Shown here: positions 8,216-17,492 of the stretch, piece by piece
Layout: every line of letters begins with the position of its first letter
Numbering within the stretch: position 1 is the stretch's first letter
Made by a program: the position numbers and the translations under genes
Notes under the pieces: generated by a model
Told to the model about the DNA's origin: nothing
Seen by the model: the letters and a program-made list of their open reading frames with translations, nothing else
Database searches by the model: none
IMG/VR virus record: IMGVR_UViG_3300027852_000121
Strand: one strand, 5' to 3'
Source: a virus
DNA: 33,869 nucleotides

Positions 8216-9412
8216 ATGGCAGCACCGACTACATTACCAATAGGAGACAGAACTAAAATAGATAACGAGGAGCAAATAACTTTTATTAACTCTCCTGTAC
8301 ATTTAAGATTACAAAACGACACTACAGACAGCTCTATTATATCTGTAGCGGTTTATCTTTGGATATGGAACGGAGCCCAAAATACCGCACTCGGAAAGCC
8401 TAACTTTACGTTAGAAAAAACTAAAGTAAGCGTTAACGACGACTATATTAATTTACAGATAGCGGATTTAATAAAGTCTTATTTAGAAAACCCTTTAAAC
8501 GCTCCTAATACTTTTCAGCCTAATTTTTATTACAATGAAGTAGACGCCCCGGCTATAACAGGACAGGGGGTTTTTTGGCAGATAGTAACGGACATAACCT
8601 CCGCAGCCGGGACGGTTAGAAAAAACTACGATACTAATTTCGCTACTCTCGGTTATCGTTGGAACTACGAGCAAAATATCGGAGTCGGTAATAATGGATT
8701 AACGCCTAACGGCTCTCTAGGATTTACCGAAACGGTTAATAAATGGTATAACCCTAAAATACATCATTATATTACTCAGGCGTTTAATTTAACTAACGAG
8801 ATAGCAGACGCGACCTCCGCTAATATGATTACTCAGACGGAAGTAACGCCTCCTCCTAATTGGAGTAGATGCTCTAGGGATCCGTCTCTAATTGTGTTTT
8901 TAAATAAGCTCGGACTATGGGAAATGTTTACACCTCATGGAAAATTTACCGCTAGTACTGGGGTAGATTTCGAGACGTCTAGTATATCGTATAGGGATCC
9001 GTCTAGAGTAGATAATTCTTTTTTTCATTCTAAGCAGCGCGGAGCTATAGACGTTACTCAGTCTTACGTAATTAATACCGGCTCGTTAACGGAGGATATG
9101 GCGGCTACAGTAGAGGAGTTAATTTATAGTCCTCGTATCTATTTAATCAGGTTTCAGGGAGACATACAGACTCCTGAGCGCGTAGGAATAACGGTAGATA
9201 GTACGCTCGTAACTGTAGACGACACTACTATAACGGTAGATAATACTCCGGTAGGATTAGAGGACGTAGGGTTTTTTAAGACTAGCCAACAGATACCCGT
9301 AATAATTAAAGACTCCGATTTTTTAAGGAAAACGCGAGTAAATGATAAAAACGAGGTTAACTATAATATTATGTTTGAGGAGACAAATAATAAAATTAAT
9401 AACATTCGATAA
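8216..9412 (+). CDS. Virion structural protein, function unknown (398 aa)
   Basis: Long ORF translationally coupled to its neighbours in the structural block. T/N/S-rich and predicted beta-rich. Confidence 0.5.
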   Translation: MAAPTTLPIGDRTKIDNEEQITFINSPVHLRLQNDTTDSSIISVAVYLWIWNGAQNTALGKPNFTLEKTKVSVNDDYINLQIADLIKSYLENPLNAPNTFQPNFYYNEVDAPAITGQGVFWQIVTDITSAAGTVRKNYDTNFATLGYRWNYEQNIGVGNNGLTPNGSLGFTETVNKWYNPKIHHYITQAFNLTNEIADATSANMITQTEVTPPPNWSRCSRDPSLIVFLNKLGLWEMFTPHGKFTASTGVDFETSSISYRDPSRVDNSFFHSKQRGAIDVTQSYVINTGSLTEDMAATVEELIYSPRIYLIRFQGDIQTPERVGITVDSTLVTVDDTTITVDNTPVGLEDVGFFKTSQQIPVIIKDSDFLRKTRVNDKNEVNYNIMFEETNNKINNIR

Positions 9413-11701
9413 ATGGCTACTTTAATTACAGAGGTTTATATATCAGTAGACGGAGAGAATTTTACTAAATTAAATTTACATAAGGACGAAAGTATACCTA
9501 TGCAGTATACGACTAAAGACCTCCAGGATCTAACTAAAATATTTTCTCCTTATTCGTTATCTTTTACGTTTCCGGCAGACTCTAGAAATAGAGCGGCTTT
9601 CGGTTTTTTTGGAGATACGGACGTAATAAAGATTAACCCGGATAATAAGTTTAAAACTAAAATCTATACAGACGGTAATATTAATTTACAGGGGTTTATA
9701 CAGTTAGAGGCTCTCGCATATAAGAACGCCGTACCTACAGATTTTACCGGGAGCTTTTCTACTTCTATGACTAATTTAGCGGCTAGACTTGGGGACGACT
9801 TAATCGAGGATTTACCGGAGGAGAGTATCTCTATAGATTGGAAACCTGATAACGTTTACAGCCTACTAACTAGCGCGCGTAGTACTACTATAGACGGAGT
9901 ACCGTTAAAATATTTCGTCCCTTTAATATCTAGTACTAGAGTTTTAGCGTACTCTCAGGATCAGGAGTCTAGTTTAAAAGATAATGTAGCTTATAACGCT
10001 TTTATAGATGCTGACTCAGACAAAACAATTAAAGCCGACGAACTAAGACCCTGTATCTCATTCTCTACGGTTATAGAATTAATTAAGAAAAAATATAATT
10101 TAGACGTAGTAGCTCCTTTAGATTTACGTAAAGAATATACGGAGGCGGTTATATGGTGTAACTCGGAGACTATGTTTAACCCTGTAGACTCTTTACTAAC
10201 TGTTAAAAATCCTTTCGGGAGTTTAAAAAAGAGAGACACTAGAGACGAGGGAGACATACCCGACCCTAAAAAATATACGCCGTCCGTAGATTTAACGGAC
10301 AGTAGTTTTAAAATACTATCTAGAAACCCTCCTACGAACGACGACAAGTATTATACTCAGTATTGTAATATTAGAGCTCGTTTAAATAATGTAATTATTA
10401 CAGACCAGTCCGACAGTCCTACGGCTACCGTTAAAATAATTCGTAAAGGTACGGACGAAATATTAGCCTCTAAAAAGTTTGATATTTTAGAGTATGACAT
10501 GGGAGGTAATTACTTTGAGCTAGATATGCAATTAAACGACGAGTTATTTATAGACTATGAGTTAGAGTTTTTCATGTATGTACAATTCGACCAACCTACT
10601 ACATGGCAGTATTGCGACTATGAATTTAATTTTAAATACTACGACCCTAGGACTGGATTATTTAGATCCTCTAACAAAGCTACATATTATTATGAGTCGC
10701 CTTTTAATTATAACGCTACAGACGTAGGAGGTACTAATATTAATTTATTTAGTAGCCTCCCTAAAATGAAAGTAGTAGATTTTTTAACTTCTTATTTTAA
10801 AACTTTTAATATATCTGTTTTCGATACGTCCCCTAACGACGACCGGTTATATTGGTTAACTCCTGAGGATATTAAAACGGAGCTGTTACCTTATTCAAAA
10901 GCGACTATAGATTATACTAGATATTTGAACGCTAAGAGATTTAAAAAAGAGGTGCCTAACGATTTTAACTATTACGACTTTAAACACGCTACGAGTAAAT
11001 ACAGATCTAACGTAGATTATTTAGCAGCTCAGGGCTTAGAGTACGGTCAAGTTAAATACCCTTTAGAAAAACCTACGAACCCAGTAGCGTTTATCTTAGA
11101 GACTGGATTTACTTTAATGGTGCCCGTACTTTTAAACGGTAGTAACGATATAGTAACTTATTACGGTTTTGACGACGAGGCTCCGGAAATTTTGGAGACT
11201 GGGGAGAGTCGATACAGCCCAAACTACGAGGAGCTAACAGTTTTTTATAATGTTGGAAACACTCCGACGGAGGACGTACTAGGATTTCAAAATATTTTTA
11301 ATAGCGGAGGGTTTAGCTACTTTTTTGACGGGACTACGATAACCTCTCCTTTATCTTCATATATGAAAGTACTACCTATAAACTCAGAAAATAAGACGCT
11401 AGCGTTTTCTGTTTTAAAAGAGTTAGGTATCGAGTACCCGGAGAGTTTATATAAGAGATATTACAAAGCTCAGACGGAGCGTTTATTAGATCCTAACGTT
11501 TTGTCTCAGGCTTTTGAGTTAGAGTTACCTCCGGACGAGATATATTTAAACGAGGCTACTACGATACAGGGCTCCGGATTAACTCCTAAAGGCTTTAGAT
11601 TACAAAACGACATTATACTCCGAGAGGATTTATTTAGTATCTTAGACGCTACTATAGATATAACTACAGGAAAAACTAAAATAACCCTTTTAAATTATTA
11701 A
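9413..11701 (+). CDS. Large virion structural protein (762 aa; tail tip or baseplate-like candidate)
   Basis: Its ATG overlaps the preceding stop (TAAATG). It is large and sits immediately upstream of the tape-measure-like gene. No catalytic motif seen. Confidence 0.5.
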   Translation: MATLITEVYISVDGENFTKLNLHKDESIPMQYTTKDLQDLTKIFSPYSLSFTFPADSRNRAAFGFFGDTDVIKINPDNKFKTKIYTDGNINLQGFIQLEALAYKNAVPTDFTGSFSTSMTNLAARLGDDLIEDLPEESISIDWKPDNVYSLLTSARSTTIDGVPLKYFVPLISSTRVLAYSQDQESSLKDNVAYNAFIDADSDKTIKADELRPCISFSTVIELIKKKYNLDVVAPLDLRKEYTEAVIWCNSETMFNPVDSLLTVKNPFGSLKKRDTRDEGDIPDPKKYTPSVDLTDSSFKILSRNPPTNDDKYYTQYCNIRARLNNVIITDQSDSPTATVKIIRKGTDEILASKKFDILEYDMGGNYFELDMQLNDELFIDYELEFFMYVQFDQPTTWQYCDYEFNFKYYDPRTGLFRSSNKATYYYESPFNYNATDVGGTNINLFSSLPKMKVVDFLTSYFKTFNISVFDTSPNDDRLYWLTPEDIKTELLPYSKATIDYTRYLNAKRFKKEVPNDFNYYDFKHATSKYRSNVDYLAAQGLEYGQVKYPLEKPTNPVAFILETGFTLMVPVLLNGSNDIVTYYGFDDEAPEILETGESRYSPNYEELTVFYNVGNTPTEDVLGFQNIFNSGGFSYFFDGTTITSPLSSYMKVLPINSENKTLAFSVLKELGIEYPESLYKRYYKAQTERLLDPNVLSQAFELELPPDEIYLNEATTIQGSGLTPKGFRLQNDIILREDLFSILDATIDITTGKTKITLLNY

Positions 11702-11702
11702 A

Positions 11703-13421
11703 ATGGCTGAAAAAAACGAGGATATAGAGCAAAAAGTAATTATAAATTACGATACTAACGCCGAGGAGACGGCTAAAGAAGTTAATAAGCTCGACGACTC
11801 CATGGAAAACGTGCAGGATACGCAAAAAAAGAGCTTAAAAACTCAGAAAAAAGTATCTAAAGGACGTAAACAAGCTACAAAAGACGTAAAAAATCAAAAG
11901 AAAGGGCTAGAGGATTTAGGCGGCGGTATTGGCGGAACTATAAAAGGCTTTAAAGGACTCATAAAAACTATGTGGGCTTTCGTAGCTAACCCTATCGGAG
12001 CCGTAATAGCCGCTATAGCCGGAGCTTTGATTATTTTATTTAAAGCTTTTACCTCAACAAAAGGAGGCGCGGAAAAATTCGAGCAAGTTATGGACGGTAT
12101 CGGAGCTACTATCGACGTACTCCGGGACAGAGTTTTAAAAATTGCTACCGCTATAGGTAAATTTTTCTCAGGAGATTTTAAAGGAGCTGTAGAAGTTGGT
12201 AAAGAGGCGGTTTCCGGGTTTGGGGAGGAGGTAGCTAGAGAGTTTCAGATAGCTGCTAACGCTCGTAAGTCTTTACAGGAAGTAGCCGACGCTATGCGAG
12301 ATTTAGGCGTAACGCGCGCTAAACTTAATAGAGACTTAATAGCTGCTAAAGAAATTATAGAGGGCTCTACAGCCTCGTATACAGAGAAAAAATCCGCTAT
12401 AGATGAAGTAAGAAAAGCCGAGACAGAACAAACAGAGGCGGAGTTAGCTAACGCCCGTAAGAAATTAGAGGCTATTCAAGCTCAAAACAAACAGAGCGAC
12501 AGTAGCGCGGAGGCTTTACAAGCTGAGGCGGACGCTAAGATAGCGGTTTACAATTTAGAGGCGGAGTCCGCTAGAAATAGAACTAAATTTATATTATTAG
12601 AGGAGAAAGCGGATAACGACGAGAAAGCTCGTAAGCGAGAATTAGCAGCTCAGGCTAAAGAAATAGAGAAACAAAAGGAGGCAGATTTTCAAGCGTATTT
12701 AAAACGCGAAAAAATAAAAGAAGAACAGCTAAAAAAGGAGGAGGAGCAAAAAGAAAAGGAACGCCTACAAAGGGAGCAGGATCTAATAGAGCTACAGGAA
12801 TACGAGGACGAACAGGAGCGTATTATCATGGAGGCGGAGGACAGGCGTATAGAGAATTTACAAAAAGCCGCCGAAAAGGAGAAAGCTATAGAGGAGGCTA
12901 AACTAGCTCAGAAAAAAGCCGTACAGGACGCTACGTTTTCTTTACTGGGAGACGGTCTAAACGCTTTAAAAAATATTTTCGGTAAAAATAAGAAAATACA
13001 AAAAGGTATTTTAATCGCAGAGAACGCCGTAGCTCTCTCTAAATTAACTATGAATACTATAGAGGCTGTTTCCAAAGATAACGCAGCGAGCCCCTTAACG
13101 TTTGGTATGCCTTGGAGTGGAATACATATAGCTCAGGGAGCTATAGGCGCGGCTAATATTATAGCCTCGACCGCCGCCGGATTAAAGGAGTTGGGAGGAG
13201 GCTCCGCCGGTACCGCCCCTAATTTAGGCTCTCCTAGAGGAGGAGGATCTAGCGCGGCTCCGTCTGTAGGATTTCAGTCGTCTAGCGAGAACCAAATAGC
13301 TACAACGATAGCAGACAATACTAACGATTTACCGCCTCAAAAAGCTTACGTAGTAAGTAAAGAAATTACAACAGCTCAGGAGGGAGACAGAAATAAAGTA
13401 GATAGTAATAGTCTCGGTTAA
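11703..13421 (+). CDS. Tape-measure-like protein (or internal/ejection protein)
   Basis: Hydrophobic segment MWAFVANPIGAVIAAIAGALIILF, a long E/K/A/Q-rich coiled coil, and a Gly/Ala-rich hydrophobic C-terminal part (GIHIAQGAIGAANIIASTAAG). Confidence 0.55.
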   Translation: MAEKNEDIEQKVIINYDTNAEETAKEVNKLDDSMENVQDTQKKSLKTQKKVSKGRKQATKDVKNQKKGLEDLGGGIGGTIKGFKGLIKTMWAFVANPIGAVIAAIAGALIILFKAFTSTKGGAEKFEQVMDGIGATIDVLRDRVLKIATAIGKFFSGDFKGAVEVGKEAVSGFGEEVAREFQIAANARKSLQEVADAMRDLGVTRAKLNRDLIAAKEIIEGSTASYTEKKSAIDEVRKAETEQTEAELANARKKLEAIQAQNKQSDSSAEALQAEADAKIAVYNLEAESARNRTKFILLEEKADNDEKARKRELAAQAKEIEKQKEADFQAYLKREKIKEEQLKKEEEQKEKERLQREQDLIELQEYEDEQERIIMEAEDRRIENLQKAAEKEKAIEEAKLAQKKAVQDATFSLLGDGLNALKNIFGKNKKIQKGILIAENAVALSKLTMNTIEAVSKDNAASPLTFGMPWSGIHIAQGAIGAANIIASTAAGLKELGGGSAGTAPNLGSPRGGGSSAAPSVGFQSSSENQIATTIADNTNDLPPQKAYVVSKEITTAQEGDRNKVDSNSLG

Positions 13422-13472
13422 AAAATAATTCATTATATTTAAACTCTAAAAATTAATTTAAACCTTTTAATT

Positions 13473-13853
13473 ATGAAAAAAATTTTATTACTATGTTTAT
13501 TTTTATTTTCTATAGCCCTCAGTTACGGGGGTAGTTTAACGCCCGAGCCGGCGGAAAACGTAACTATAGAAAATGTTTTATCTTTAGATATAGACGCCGC
13601 TATAATTATGGCTAGCCCAGTTATCAGCTACGATATATTTATTAAACAAAATTCTTTAGCCTGTTATAATTATGAAAGAGATATTTTTTATAATGAGCTT
13701 AGAAAAAAAACAACTAGGAAACGTCATGCTAAAACGATATATAGGGAGGGCTTGTTACTATTCTCAATTTCAGAATTAAAAAACTCTAACTCTAACGGCT
13801 ATAGCTTAATTTTAAACAATACGTCCGGGGGTTTATCTGAGATACGGAGTTAA
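13473..13853 (+). CDS. Secreted or membrane small protein (moron candidate)
   Basis: Signal-peptide-like N-terminus MKKILLLCLFLFSIALSYGGS. Two intrinsic terminators follow it, and it interrupts the structural block. Confidence 0.5.
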   Translation: MKKILLLCLFLFSIALSYGGSLTPEPAENVTIENVLSLDIDAAIIMASPVISYDIFIKQNSLACYNYERDIFYNELRKKTTRKRHAKTIYREGLLLFSISELKNSNSNGYSLILNNTSGGLSEIRS

Positions 13854-13870
13854 ACTATTACTTAGTAAGA

Positions 13871-13904
13871 AAAAAGAGCATATTTTAACGATATGCTTTT
13901 TTTA
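13871..13904 (+). terminator. Rho-independent terminator (bidirectional shape)
   Basis: Stem AGCATAT (13877..13883) pairs with ATATGCT (13891..13897) around a 7-nt loop. An A-run precedes it and a T-run extends to 13903. Confidence 0.65.
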
Positions 13905-13975
13905 TTGGCTTAAATTAATTACATTTACTATGCTTTTAAGGATTTCATATAGATTTATTGGTTAATTTATTGTTT

Positions 13976-14014
13976 AAAATCCGTTAGTTTTCGGAAATTC
14001 TAACGGATTTTTTT
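13976..14014 (+). terminator. Rho-independent terminator (second of a tandem pair)
   Basis: AAAATCCGTTAG (13976..13987) pairs with CTAACGGATTTT (14000..14011). The T-run continues to 14014. Confidence 0.65.
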
Positions 14015-14056
14015 CGTATACGAGATTTATTAAAAAAAAATTACTACATTTACTAC

Positions 14057-15187
14057 ATGAAAGTTTACGAACTTAAATTACAAAAAGGCGGTAAAGGAGT
14101 TTTTAAAGTCTCTTTAGTTAAAAATCCGGCTATAGAGAGTACTCTTTTAAAGTTTTCTAAAGAGTCTGAGGAGGTTTTAACCTTTGCCGACGAGGAGAAA
14201 CGTATTATCTACTCCGTAGCTATGCGTCCTAACAAAATGATTTTTAGAAAAGACGTAAACGGAGAGCCGGCTAACGTATATTATACTCCCGAAACTGTAG
14301 AGGAGGCTCAAATCAATTATTTTAGAAATAACGGAAACAAGTCTACGAACTTGAACCACGCCGACAACGATATTAAAGGGGTTTTTCCTTTTGAGAGTTG
14401 GATAGTAAAAGACGCTAAGACCGACAAAGCTACTCTTATGGGTATGGAGGTTATAGACGGGGACTGGGTCATGGGTTATAAAATAGATAACTCCGAGGTT
14501 TGGGACAAATATATAAAAGAGGGTAAGCTCGACGGCTTATCTATAGAGGCTACTAATTTAGAACACATTTTTAAAAAAGATACAAAAATGAATAAAACAG
14601 AAAAAACACTTTTAGCTAAATTTCTAGAGAGCATTACTAAAATGGGCTCAGATCTTTTAAATCCGACTATAGAAATTATGTCCGGAGAGAAAAAATTTAC
14701 TGCCCCTAATTTAGAGGTAGGTGCTATCGTTTTAGATGCTGACGGGAAACCGGCTATTAATTTAGTTTTTGAGGCTGACGAAAAGGAAATGAAAACCGGA
14801 GAAAACGGAGAAATTTTAGAGGCAGCCGAACCGCCTAAGCCTGAGCCTACAGAAAAGGAAAAGGAACTTTTAGCAAAGGTAGCCGAGCTAGAGGGGGTTA
14901 TCGCTACTTTAAAAGCGGATAAAGTAAAAGAGGACGAAAGTTTAGAAACTATGACCGCTCAGGTTGTAGAGGCTAAAGAAAACTTAGCAGCTTTACAAGT
15001 TGAAAAGGATACTGTAGACGCGACTGTAGTAACTATGACGGCTCAGATTACCGAGCTTAAAAAGAAAACTCCGGGAGCTCCTCCAATACCTCCGACTCCT
15101 AAAGCTGATAAACATTTTTCGGAAAAACCTTACGCAGAAATGAGTAACGTAGAGAAAATGAAGTTTAACAGAGATTATAGAAAATAA
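14057..15187 (+). CDS. XkdF-like prohead protease domain fused to a coiled-coil scaffold-like C-terminus
   Basis: The N-terminal half is colinear with my memory of B. subtilis PBSX XkdF: VSLVKNPA, EEKRIIYSVAMRPN, TPETVEEAQINYF, NLNH, ESWIV, GDWVMGYKIDNSEVWDKYIKEGKLDGLSIEA. The C-terminal half is an E/K/A-rich coiled coil. Confidence 0.75.
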   Translation: MKVYELKLQKGGKGVFKVSLVKNPAIESTLLKFSKESEEVLTFADEEKRIIYSVAMRPNKMIFRKDVNGEPANVYYTPETVEEAQINYFRNNGNKSTNLNHADNDIKGVFPFESWIVKDAKTDKATLMGMEVIDGDWVMGYKIDNSEVWDKYIKEGKLDGLSIEATNLEHIFKKDTKMNKTEKTLLAKFLESITKMGSDLLNPTIEIMSGEKKFTAPNLEVGAIVLDADGKPAINLVFEADEKEMKTGENGEILEAAEPPKPEPTEKEKELLAKVAELEGVIATLKADKVKEDESLETMTAQVVEAKENLAALQVEKDTVDATVVTMTAQITELKKKTPGAPPIPPTPKADKHFSEKPYAEMSNVEKMKFNRDYRK

Positions 15188-15202
15188 CCAAAAATTTATA
15201 TT

Positions 15203-15436
15203 ATGTCAGGTAAAAAAGAAGTAAAAAAAGAAACTCCGGCGCAAATTCAAGCGAAAAAAAACGCCGCAGAAATAAAAGCTAACGGATTTTTAAATCCATT
15301 TAGCCCGGGAGTAACTTATAAAGCGTATTTAGCTACGTTAAAAAAAGATGAAACCGTAGCGGAGAATTTAAAAGATAAAATTTCTCCGGCTAAATTAAAA
15401 TGGCTGTTAAATGATTTACAAAATTTAAAAAACTAA
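15203..15436 (+). CDS. Hypothetical protein (77 aa) between the scaffold/protease and capsid genes
   Basis: ORF track. ATAACCAA leader motif at 15184..15191. Confidence 0.45.
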   Translation: MSGKKEVKKETPAQIQAKKNAAEIKANGFLNPFSPGVTYKAYLATLKKDETVAENLKDKISPAKLKWLLNDLQNLKN

Positions 15437-15442
15437 AAAGAT

Positions 15443-16483
15443 ATGCCTATTATTTTTTCGGGGACTAAATTACCCCAATCAGAAATTAAAGAAATTCAAT
15501 CCGAAATTTACGCGGACTGGGGGACTTTCAGAGAGAGAGACGTAAATATACAAGAAAACCACAAATCAGGGACAGAGGTTTACGAGAGTAAAGTTACTGT
15601 AGCTAATAAAGCTTACTCTAGCGACGCGGTAACGTCTGACGCTAACGCTAAGGCTGAGGTAGATAGATCTGCGGTTAACTTAGTTAAAACTATGTTTTCT
15701 GACGTTATAGATTATAACGTTTTACTAGATACTCGTTTCGAGAAGTCTATGAAACAAGGAGCTTTTAATACTGTATCAACTGAGTTTGATAATGCAGTAT
15801 TACAGTACATTACTCCGGCAATATCTGAGGATATGGAGGAAATGACATGGGACGGAGCTACAACAGCTCAAAAAGCTGCTATTGCTGCTTTAACTCCGGG
15901 AGCCGGACAGGGTAGTATATCCGCAGCCGCTCAGGTTTTAGTCGCGGCTATGCCTACTAGATTAGTAAACAGTTTACCGGCTACTATTCTATATAACGAC
16001 TCTCAGTCTAAAGACACTCCGGGAGCCGGATTAGGAGACTACAAAAAAGTAGCTGCTACAGCTTACGACGCTACAACAATAGCGGACGAGTACGCGAAAA
16101 TGTTTAACGGTATCGAGCCTAAAGTATTGGCGGATAAATTAAATCCTCCATGTATCTATGCTCCATTAGCTGACCGTCAGTTAATGCTAACAGCGAATAA
16201 CTCAAAAGGAGCGGCTAGTAACCAAAACTTTTTATTCGCGGACAAAACGTTACATAGTAAATGTTACTATAACGGTATCGAGGTTAAATTTAAGCCTTTA
16301 GTAGGTTTCCATATTATTAGCCCGGCAAAATATTTAATTTTATTGTTTGATTTAATCAACGATATGAATATTTTAGAAACTGGGAAAGTAGCTAACGGAG
16401 CGGATCAGTATTACTATAAAAATGTACAGGCTTTCGCTACTTGGTGTACAAACCAAAGGTACATTACTCTTTACGGAGGATAG
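15443..16483 (+). CDS. Major capsid protein (candidate)
   Basis: 346 aa, immediately downstream of the protease/scaffold genes, and followed by a hairpin at 16501..16525. The composition is typical of HK97-fold capsid proteins. No search was run. Confidence 0.6.
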   Translation: MPIIFSGTKLPQSEIKEIQSEIYADWGTFRERDVNIQENHKSGTEVYESKVTVANKAYSSDAVTSDANAKAEVDRSAVNLVKTMFSDVIDYNVLLDTRFEKSMKQGAFNTVSTEFDNAVLQYITPAISEDMEEMTWDGATTAQKAAIAALTPGAGQGSISAAAQVLVAAMPTRLVNSLPATILYNDSQSKDTPGAGLGDYKKVAATAYDATTIADEYAKMFNGIEPKVLADKLNPPCIYAPLADRQLMLTANNSKGAASNQNFLFADKTLHSKCYYNGIEVKFKPLVGFHIISPAKYLILLFDLINDMNILETGKVANGADQYYYKNVQAFATWCTNQRYITLYGG

Positions 16484-16500
16484 AAAAAAAGTATTAATTT

Positions 16501-16525
16501 AACCTCTCTATTTTATAGGGAGGTT
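16501..16525 (+). terminator. Hairpin / weak terminator after the capsid gene
   Basis: AACCTCTC (16501..16508) pairs with GGGAGGTT (16518..16525) with one G-U pair. The downstream T-run is poor (ATTTA). Confidence 0.35.
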
Positions 16526-16545
16526 ATTTAAAAAAAATATTATAT

Positions 16546-17097
16546 ATGAGTTGCGTAACTTTGACAAAAAGTAGAAAATTAAACTGTATTTCCAAAATGC
16601 CCGGCGTTAGAGCTGTAGGTATAGGACAGTTTGACTCTCTTACTAGATTAGTAAAAACTCCTGAGGGAGTTATAGACGTCGCTACAGCTTTCGGAGCTAC
16701 TACTATAGCGCGTTTTGAGTTAAAAAATACTACTACGAATTACATAGAAAACGGAGTATCAGGAGGAGACAATAGATCTACAGGAGTTACGGGTAACGTA
16801 CCATGTATTTTTAATGTACCTGAGGGAGCCGACGCGGAATTAAACGCGGTAGTAGAGGAGCTATTAAAAGGAGAGGTAGTTTTATTTTTAGAAATGAACG
16901 ACGGTACTATTAAAGCCGCCGGATCTCAGTTAGGAGCGTTAGCTATTACAGCGGACGACCAAACAGGAGGTACTATCGGGGATTTAAACGGATATACCGT
17001 TACTTTTAATACTATGGAGCCTGATTTTTCAAGGGGTTACATATTATCAGGGCAAGCCTTAACGGATTACGCCGCGGCGTTAATGCCTTACACATAA
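16546..17097 (+). CDS. Abundant virion protein, putative major tail (tube) protein
   Basis: 183-aa beta-rich protein bracketed by hairpin/terminator elements on both sides and adjacent to the capsid gene. The call rests on position and expression signals only. Confidence 0.35.
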   Translation: MSCVTLTKSRKLNCISKMPGVRAVGIGQFDSLTRLVKTPEGVIDVATAFGATTIARFELKNTTTNYIENGVSGGDNRSTGVTGNVPCIFNVPEGADAELNAVVEELLKGEVVLFLEMNDGTIKAAGSQLGALAITADDQTGGTIGDLNGYTVTFNTMEPDFSRGYILSGQALTDYAAALMPYT

Positions 17098-17118
17098 GAA
17101 ACTAGAATAAAATAAATC

Positions 17119-17149
17119 AAAAAAGCCGTTTTAATTAATGGCTTTTTTT
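17119..17149 (+). terminator. Rho-independent terminator (bidirectional shape)
   Basis: AAAAAAGCC (17119..17127) pairs with GGCTTTTTT (17140..17148). The inner stem is extended by G-U and A-U pairs. The T-run ends at 17149. Confidence 0.6.
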
Positions 17150-17162
17150 GTAATTTTAAAAA

Positions 17163-17492
17163 ATGAAAGTACTTTTTTTAGATGCTGCTTTAGATTTATA
17201 CCTCATACCTAGAGTTTATCCATTACTTACGGATACTTTAACGTTAACACTACGTAACGAAAGCTCTAACGAAACTATTACCCCGGCGGTTACATTCGTT
17301 TTAGGGGAAAAATTAAAAGTAACTATTACTACTCAGCCTACAGATTTTAAAACTCAGAATAAATATGAGTTAGAATTAAAAAACGGAACGAGCGTTATAT
17401 ACCGCGGAAAAATTATTATCTTAGCGCAAGGTACTGACGTACAGAATTACGAGTATAGCTCTCAACCTAACGCGAAATATGGATACAAATAA
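17163..17492 (+). CDS. Hypothetical protein (109 aa)
   Basis: ORF track. It overlaps the portal ORF by 14 nt. Confidence 0.45.
   Translation: MKVLFLDAALDLYLIPRVYPLLTDTLTLTLRNESSNETITPAVTFVLGEKLKVTITTQPTDFKTQNKYELELKNGTSVIYRGKIIILAQGTDVQNYEYSSQPNAKYGYK

Noticed and set aside
9991-10347. 118-aa minus-strand ORF
   Set aside because: It is an antisense shadow ORF fully embedded in the 762-aa structural gene. The same reasoning applies to 14177..14359(-), 20323..20508(-), 21457..21783(-), 27798..28118(+) and 33188..33388(-), which all lie inside longer ORFs with recognisable motifs on the opposite strand.
13434-13441. TATATTTA as the -7 box of a moron promoter upstream of 13473
   Set aside because: The last base is imperfect, and there is no TTTG at the -33 position (the sequence there is CTCGGTTA). 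I cannot separate it from AT-rich background.
14011-14018. TTTTCGTA as a possible late-promoter element (also at 23406..23413 and 28207..28214, with a 12-mer TTCATTTTCGTA shared by the last two)
   Set aside because: The same 8-mer also occurs inside a coding region (661..668). The distances to the downstream ATGs differ (25 versus 37 nt). One copy overlaps a minus-strand start codon. Three or four hits of an 8-mer are too few to separate from chance without a proper scan.
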